A DNA stretch of 64,000 nt from an uncultured Gammaproteobacteria bacterium (GTDB lineage: Bacteria; Pseudomonadota; Gammaproteobacteria; Steroidobacterales; GCA-2729495), in the NCBI GenBank assembly GCA_963790015.1, contig CAWBMW010000017.1:14252-78251 (forward strand), read 5' to 3'. The notes under the pieces are model-generated. The model saw nothing but the letters and a program-made list of their open reading frames with translations, had not been told where the DNA came from and did not search any database. This document shows positions 59,140 through 64,000 of the stretch, piece after piece; the stretch's first letter is position 1, and the number at the start of each line of letters is the position of its first letter. The position numbers and the translations under genes are program-made.

Positions 59140-59370
59140 ATGAAATCGGACCAATCGACCCTTGAGGATCAGATTTCCCGGTTACCTGACCGGGAACGAG
59201 CCCGGTTGGCACTTCGGCTTCTGGAGAGCCTGGAGCCGGGGTCAGACGAGAATGTCGATGAACTCTGGCTGGACGAAGCTGAACGCCGTCTTGGGGACTA
59301 CGACAAGGGCTTGACCGAGGCCCGTGATGCCGACGAAGCAATTGCCGAGATCGAGCGCCACCTTAGATGA
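59140..59370 (+). CDS. type II antitoxin (addiction-module component, TIGR02574-like)
   Basis: RLPDRERARLALRLLESLEPG...DELWLDEAERRLGDYDKG. Overlaps the toxin gene by 4 nt. Confidence 0.75.
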   Translation: MKSDQSTLEDQISRLPDRERARLALRLLESLEPGSDENVDELWLDEAERRLGDYDKGLTEARDADEAIAEIERHLR

Positions 59371-59660
59371 CGCAAATTCGACTTCTCCCGGAGGCCGAGG
59401 AGGAGTTGCAGGCTGCTGCCAGGTTCTACGAAGCGCTGCGGCTGGGCTTGGGGCTGGCTCTGCTTCAGGAGGTACGTCGCGCTAGAGAGCGTATCGCCGA
59501 GCGGCCGAGGGCATCACGCATCGAGCGTGGTGATATTCGGGTCCGAAGCATTCTCCGATTCCCCTATCGGCTTTATTATCGAGTCCGCGCCGACGAGATT
59601 GTCATCATAGCAGTCGGCCATCGGCGTCGACGACCGGGGTTCTGGCGTAGCCGAACTTAG
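59367..59660 (+). CDS. RelE/ParE-family type II toxin
   Basis: IRLLPEAEEELQAAARFYE...FPYRLYYRVRADEIVIIAVGHRRRRPGFW. Confidence 0.8.
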   Translation: MTQIRLLPEAEEELQAAARFYEALRLGLGLALLQEVRRARERIAERPRASRIERGDIRVRSILRFPYRLYYRVRADEIVIIAVGHRRRRPGFWRSRT

Positions 59661-59662
59661 TC

Positions 59663-59749
59663 ACATAACAAATCGCTGATGCTGACCGTGACAGATAAAG
59701 CGTCAAAGACGAAACCGCGGCGTGCGGCCGCTCAGCTCCAACGTTAGAG
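59663..59749 (+). repeat. attC recombination site (87 bp)
   Basis: ACATAAC...GTTAGAG. Confidence 0.65.
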
Positions 59750-59755
59750 CGCCGG

Positions 59756-60067
59756 ATGAAGACGTCACTGTCCATAGCGTTACTGATTGCTGCCGGCTTC
59801 GCAGTTAAGGCATCGCTCGATGAGGCAGAACGTTATGTCCACGTTCGAATCGTCGATACGTGCTTTGCCAAATACTCAGCCCCTCTATCCAAGGCACAGG
59901 AACTCGCGTGCTATGAGTCGCCACGTCAGAGTTCGGCCTACCGGGTCCTTGCCGCATTGGCCTTTCAGCCACAACTATGGAAGAACACTGGGGGACGGTG
60001 CGTGGATTCGCAGGATCAACAGCGTGAGTACTTCGATTGCGGGTGGTGGAACCGTGTCGCGCTCTAA
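59756..60067 (+). CDS. cassette ORF, small secreted Cys-rich hypothetical protein
   Basis: 103 aa, signal MKTSLSIALLIAAGFAVKA, 4 Cys. Confidence 0.55.
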   Translation: MKTSLSIALLIAAGFAVKASLDEAERYVHVRIVDTCFAKYSAPLSKAQELACYESPRQSSAYRVLAALAFQPQLWKNTGGRCVDSQDQQREYFDCGWWNRVAL

Positions 60068-60163
60068 TCAATCGCTCCACCGAGCGCCTGCCGCACCTGT
60101 CACGCGGCTTGCAAGCGAAACCCGCGCGCCAGCCGCTGGCGCCGCTGAGCTCAATCGTTAGGC
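60062..60163 (+). repeat. attC recombination site (102 bp), paralogue of 61268-61368
   Basis: CTCTAATCAATCGCTCCACCG...GCTTGCAAGCG...GAGCTCAATCGTTAGGC. Confidence 0.75.
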
Positions 60164-60168
60164 CTGCC

Positions 60169-60594
60169 GTGTCGTATCAGTTTGCGGTTTCCTTCTACGC
60201 GCTAACGTTGGGTTACATCGTGTTCACGGGACTAAGCGGAGGACTTCAACCTCCTCCAGAAACTGCCGCCATTATTCTGCTTTTATCGGGTCCGTTGATT
60301 CTCGTGATTCTGCGCTGGCATCGTGTCCGCCGTCGCGGAGCTCTGCTGGTACCCCATGAATACCTTAATACCCGACGGATTGGCCGATACGCCGGAGTCG
60401 CACTACTCTGGGCAGGTCATCTTCCAGTTTTGGCAGCCGTGATCTTCCTGTGGGCCGGCCTAATGGGCTCGGGGGTCGGCACCTTTGTCCCCGCCATTGG
60501 GATGGCCTGTATCACGTCATTATTGCTCTATGCGCTAGCTGTGCTGACAATCGAGATCAGCATCCGGCGATGGCAGACGTCGGGGAAGGCCTAA
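60169..60594 (+). CDS. cassette ORF, 4-TM membrane protein of unknown function
   Basis: The GTG at 60169 lies just after the attC core. Four hydrophobic helices. The stop is in the next inverse core. Confidence 0.55.
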   Translation: MSYQFAVSFYALTLGYIVFTGLSGGLQPPPETAAIILLLSGPLILVILRWHRVRRRGALLVPHEYLNTRRIGRYAGVALLWAGHLPVLAAVIFLWAGLMGSGVGTFVPAIGMACITSLLLYALAVLTIEISIRRWQTSGKA

Positions 60595-60683
60595 CTTGGC
60601 GCTCCACACGGACGCGCCCCAGGCGCGTACCTCGTGGGAGGCATAACGATGAAGGGGCGCGCCGGTCAGCTCAGGCGTTATCG
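60589..60683 (+). repeat. attC recombination site (95 bp)
   Basis: GCCTAAC...GTTATCG. Confidence 0.65.
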
Positions 60684-60691
60684 GGCAGCAT

Positions 60692-61249
60692 GTGATGGCC
60701 TATTTTGAAGACCTGACGAAGTACCAGTACTCGGGAAGGCCACAATCTGGCGTCCTCAATGTAGGCTGGCTAGCCGAGGATCGGCCGTTTAACGTCGGCA
60801 CGACATCTGAGGCATTTCACACCGCACTTAGGGATATGTGCGACAACAAGTCGATGAACCTTTGCTTTGGCCACCATGTCTGCGAGTTCTGCCCGGGTGC
60901 ATCCTGGAGTGATCCATATTTTCACAGCAATGGAAACGGTGAGATCCGCGTCCGCGGAGTTGACGGCACCTGGTATGTCGCACCTCGCCTAGTTCTTCAC
61001 TACGTAGTCGCGCATGACTATTGCCCGCCCAAGGACTTCATTGAGGCAGTATTGAACCCGGCTGAGATTGGGCAAGATCCGGAGCCGGTGCGATTGAGTG
61101 AAGACGAGCAAACAGAACGCATTCGCGAATGGGATAAACGTATGCGGGCCGAACGCGGCCCTCCACTTACTGAAGCAGAAATGGATCGAATCGTGAAGTG
61201 GGGGATTCGGAACACAGGCTCACAAAAGCCGTGGTGGCGATTCTGGTAA
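60692..61249 (+). CDS. cassette ORF, conserved-looking hypothetical protein with Cys/His cluster
   Basis: 185 aa. Contains NLCFGHHVCEFCPG and VLHYVVAHDYCPP. Confidence 0.6.
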   Translation: MMAYFEDLTKYQYSGRPQSGVLNVGWLAEDRPFNVGTTSEAFHTALRDMCDNKSMNLCFGHHVCEFCPGASWSDPYFHSNGNGEIRVRGVDGTWYVAPRLVLHYVVAHDYCPPKDFIEAVLNPAEIGQDPEPVRLSEDEQTERIREWDKRMRAERGPPLTEAEMDRIVKWGIRNTGSQKPWWRFW

Positions 61250-61267
61250 TCGAACGCGCACATACCC

Positions 61268-61368
61268 GATAATCAATCGCTCCACCGGTCGCCGAATGCG
61301 TCTTTCACGCGGCTTGCAAGCGCAACCCGCGCGCCAGTCACTGGCGCCGGTCAGCTCAAGCGTTAGAC
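61268..61368 (+). repeat. attC recombination site (101 bp)
   Basis: GATAATCAATCGCTCCACCG...GCTTGCAAGCG...CAGCTCAAGCGTTAGAC. Confidence 0.75.
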
Positions 61369-61437
61369 GGCACATATCCAGCGAATAACGGAGCTTTAGC
61401 AGATTGCGGAAATAGCTGCCACCGTTAGCGTTGGCGC

Positions 61438-61632
61438 ATGAAGGTGAGTGAAGTACTTCGACTACTCCTCGACGATGGCTGGTACCTCGTAGCGACACGC
61501 GGTAGCCACCGCCAGTTCAAGCACCGGATTAAGTCAGGTCGGGTCACCGTCCCAGGCAAACCCGGTGACGATTTGGCGCCGGGGACTCTGAACAGTATCC
61601 TCAAGCAGTCCGGCCTGAAGAAACCAGGGTGA
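61438..61632 (+). CDS. hicA: HicA-family mRNA interferase toxin
   Basis: LLDDGWYLVATRGSHRQFKHRIKSGRVTVPGKPGDDLAPGTLNSILKQSGL. Confidence 0.85.
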   Translation: MKVSEVLRLLLDDGWYLVATRGSHRQFKHRIKSGRVTVPGKPGDDLAPGTLNSILKQSGLKKPG

Positions 61633-61635
61633 TTT

Positions 61636-61848
61636 ATGCGCTACGCGATCGTGATTGAGGCGGCAGGCACCAACTTCTCGGCATACGTTCCCGATCTGCC
61701 AGGCTGCGTTGCAACTGGGACCACAGTCGAAGCTACAGAGCAGGCCATACGTCAGGCAATCGCATTTCACCTCGATGGGCTTCGAGAGGACGGCACCCCG
61801 ATTCCCCCGCCGCTGAGCCGGGTTGACTACGTCGAGGTCGCCGCCTAA
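61636..61848 (+). CDS. hicB: HicB-family antitoxin (short form)
   Basis: MRYAIVIEAAGTNFSAYVPDLPGCVATGTTVEATEQAIRQAIAFHLDGLREDG. Confidence 0.8.
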   Translation: MRYAIVIEAAGTNFSAYVPDLPGCVATGTTVEATEQAIRQAIAFHLDGLREDGTPIPPPLSRVDYVEVAA

Positions 61849-61930
61849 CCAATCGCTGGAGCGTTCGCGTGAATATTGCAGCGCCAGAACACACCCACTC
61901 CACGCGCGGCGCTCAGCTCAGACGTTAGGC
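61843..61930 (+). repeat. attC recombination site (88 bp), canonical cores
   Basis: GCCTAAC (RYYYAAC)...GTTAGGC (GTTRRRY). Confidence 0.8.
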
Positions 61931-61979
61931 CGCACGAGTACCTGCTCCACACGATCGCCAGTACTCGAGGAGTTCCGCC

Positions 61980-63827
61980 ATGCGCAAGACCCTGCTCTCC
62001 CTTCTCTTCATCCTCGTCATTGGACCCGCGCTGGCGGAGCGCACGCAGAAGCCCCCACTGCACGGCAAGGATTGGATGGCTGTCACCGGCAAGCCCCTCG
62101 GCGCCGCGGCCGGCGCGCGCATCTTCATCCAGGGCGGCAACGCCGTCGACGCGGCTTGCGCCATGCTCGCCGCCACCGCGACGATGTGGGACGTGCTGCA
62201 CTGGGGCGGCGAGACACAGGCGCTCATCTGGGACCCGCGCGCGAAGAAGGTTGTCGGCATCAACGCACTCGGCGTGGCGCCAACCGGCGCGACTCCGGAG
62301 TTCTTCGCCGCCAGAGGCCTCGATTACCCGCCGCCGTACGGCCCGCTCGCGGCGGTAACGCCGGGCACACCGGGTGGGCTGCTGGTGATGCTCGCCGAGT
62401 ACGGCAGGCTGTCGCTGGCGCAGGTGCTGCAGCCGGCGATCGAGATGGCCGACGGCTACCCCATGGAGGGCCAGACGGCGCGCTACATCGAGGAAGACCG
62501 CAAGGAGATCGAGCAGTGGCCCGATTCGAAGCGCCTGTTCTTCCCCAACCCGGGCGGCAAGGCCCCCGACCCGGGCCAGCTGTTCCGCCAGCCCGAGCTG
62601 GCCGCCACATTGCGCAAGCTGGTCGACGCCGAGCGCCAGGCGCTGGCGGCCGGAGCTGACCGCAAGACGGCGATCCGCGCGGCCTACGACCGTTTCTACA
62701 AGGGTGACATCGCCGAGCAGCTCGTCGCCAGCGTACGCGCGCAGGGCGGGCTGTTCACGCGGGAGGACCTGGCGAACTGGCAGGTGCGCATCGAGGAGCC
62801 GGTGAAAACCAGCTACAAGGGCATCGACGTCTACAAGCTCACCGCCTGGACGCAGGGACCAGTGATGCTGCAGGCGCTGAACATCCTGGAGAACTTCGAC
62901 CTGAAGGCGATGGGCTACAACAGCACGCGCTACGTACACACGGTGTACCAGGCCATGAACCTGGCCTATGCCGACCGCGATTTCTACTACGGCGACACCA
63001 CGCAGCCGCCCGAGGAGCCGGTGGCCGGGCTGCTGTCGAAGGACTACGCGAGGGCGCGCGCGAGGCTCATCAACGCCGAGCGCAACGACGCTGCAGCGTC
63101 GCCCGGTGACCCGTACCCTTTCCAGGGCGGCCGCAACCCGTACCTGGAGCAGCTGAAGCGCTGGAACGAGCCGCGAGCGAAGCACCCCGCGCCCCCCGGG
63201 GGCACGCCGGTGAGTTCGCTGGACCCAATGAGCGGGTCGTTCTTCGCGGGGACAACGTCGGTCGTCGCGGCCGACAAGGAAGGCTGGCTGGTTTCGATCA
63301 CGCCGAGCGGCGGCTGGATCCCGGCGGTGGTCGCCGGCCCGACCGGCATCGGGCTGTCACAGCGCATGCAGAGCTTCGTACTCGACGCCGCCGAGAACCC
63401 GTTCAATGTGCTCGCGCCCGGCAAGCGGCCGCGCGTGACGCTGACGCCAACGATGGCGACAAAAGATGGCTCACCGTGGCTGGCGTTCGCGGTCCAGGGC
63501 GGCGACGGGCAGGACCAGCACCTGCTGCAGTACTTCCTGAACATCGTCGAGTTCGGCATGACGCCGCAGGAGGCGGCCGAGGCACCGGCGTTCGTCAGCG
63601 AGCAGATGCGCGAGTCGTTCGAGCAACACGCGTCGAAGGCGGGCGCGATCTGGCTCAACGACGTGACGCCGCCCTACGTGCGCAGCGAACTTGGTCGCAT
63701 GGGCTACGAGCCGAGCTACGGCGCCCGCACGATGGGGCCGATCAACGCGATCCTGATCGACCCGAAGTACGGCACCTTCTGGGGCGCGTCGGGGAACCAC
63801 GGCGAGGATTACGGCATCGGTTGGTAG
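61980..63827 (+). CDS. ggt: gamma-glutamyltransferase-family protein (Ntn hydrolase), secreted; carried as an integron cassette
   Basis: Intact 615 aa. Has a signal peptide, GGNAVDAACAM, the nucleophile region FFAGTTSVVAADKEGWLVSITPS, and a C-terminal GASGNHGEDYGIGW. Confidence 0.85.
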   Translation: MRKTLLSLLFILVIGPALAERTQKPPLHGKDWMAVTGKPLGAAAGARIFIQGGNAVDAACAMLAATATMWDVLHWGGETQALIWDPRAKKVVGINALGVAPTGATPEFFAARGLDYPPPYGPLAAVTPGTPGGLLVMLAEYGRLSLAQVLQPAIEMADGYPMEGQTARYIEEDRKEIEQWPDSKRLFFPNPGGKAPDPGQLFRQPELAATLRKLVDAERQALAAGADRKTAIRAAYDRFYKGDIAEQLVASVRAQGGLFTREDLANWQVRIEEPVKTSYKGIDVYKLTAWTQGPVMLQALNILENFDLKAMGYNSTRYVHTVYQAMNLAYADRDFYYGDTTQPPEEPVAGLLSKDYARARARLINAERNDAAASPGDPYPFQGGRNPYLEQLKRWNEPRAKHPAPPGGTPVSSLDPMSGSFFAGTTSVVAADKEGWLVSITPSGGWIPAVVAGPTGIGLSQRMQSFVLDAAENPFNVLAPGKRPRVTLTPTMATKDGSPWLAFAVQGGDGQDQHLLQYFLNIVEFGMTPQEAAEAPAFVSEQMRESFEQHASKAGAIWLNDVTPPYVRSELGRMGYEPSYGARTMGPINAILIDPKYGTFWGASGNHGEDYGIGW

Positions 63828-63885
63828 ACCGTACCGGACACCGCCCCTGGTGTTCTATAGTGAGCCGGGAGGCCTGCGCGGTGTC

Positions 63886-63945
63886 GCCTAACCCTTCGCC
63901 CGAGCCGACCCGCAATGGCAGAGCGGCTCACCTCAACCGTCAGGC
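63886..63945 (+). repeat. attC recombination site (60 bp), degenerate core
   Basis: GCCTAAC...GTCAGGC. A new ORF (ATG 63961) starts after it and runs off the window. Confidence 0.55.
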
Positions 63946-64000
63946 ACCTGGAGAAACGCCATGACGCAGAGCAGTTCTGCAACTTCTGGCGCTTCCTCGG

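Larger units (their letters stand above)
55508..64000. mobile_element. chromosomal integron (intI, attI, cassette array); array continues past the window end
   Basis: See the intI, attI and eight attC features below. All cassette ORFs are co-oriented on the '+' strand. Confidence 0.85.

Noticed and set aside
58469-63945. Regularly recurring imperfect palindromes as a possible CRISPR array
   Set aside because: Repeat lengths vary (54-102 bp). The 'spacers' are 0.4-2 kb and contain full ORFs. The repeats carry the RYYYAAC/GTTRRRY cores of attC sites next to an intI gene. No cas genes are present.

Overview
The window looks like high-GC (about two-thirds G+C by eye) gammaproteobacterial chromosome. 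Gene content and GTAG-terminated REP elements resemble Xanthomonadales or Nevskiales.

Housekeeping genes:
- tRNA-Ala(CGC), icd, can, two ferredoxins
- two OmpR-type two-component systems

Envelope and accessory systems interspersed with them:
- a 10-gene redoxin / TPR x3 / ExbB / ExbD x2 / TonB operon (12.1-21.9 kb)
- a DUF2064 / GT2 / radical-SAM / membrane-protein cluster (9.2-12.0 kb)
- an ApbE / DUF3570 / DUF4266 / TlpA operon with two OMP genes (23.2-27.6 kb)
- four secreted proteins with CxxCH motifs, a LamG domain and a Tat signal, resembling PSCyt/DUF1588/DUF1501 families (27.6-35.8 kb)
- Wzi and a TonB-dependent receptor
- a LapG-like BTLCP protease translationally coupled to a membrane protein whose HD-GYP domain is degenerate (AN...KQE...GYP)
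- next to that pair, a DUF560 (Slam / type 11 secretion) barrel with a TbpB-like cargo, and a VPLPA-CTERM protein
- a chromosomal integron from 55.5 kb to the window end: intI, attI, at least 8 attC sites, two TA cassettes, a GGT cassette, a ligand-less Rieske-like cassette and an IS110 remnant

Other sequence-level observations:
- A GTAG-type REP family (about 16 copies or arms) supplies TAG stop codons to 8 genes and lies inside several coding regions.
- A Y1 (IS200-like) transposase unit has 33-bp inverted repeats.
- There is a 113-bp perfect low-GC hairpin.
- Roughly 50-60 apparent frameshifts interrupt otherwise well-conserved genes, including icd. These are most simply explained as indel errors in the assembly, so many CDS coordinates below span frame breaks.
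- I saw no rRNA genes and no CRISPR array.

All homology calls are by eye from the translations, with no database search.
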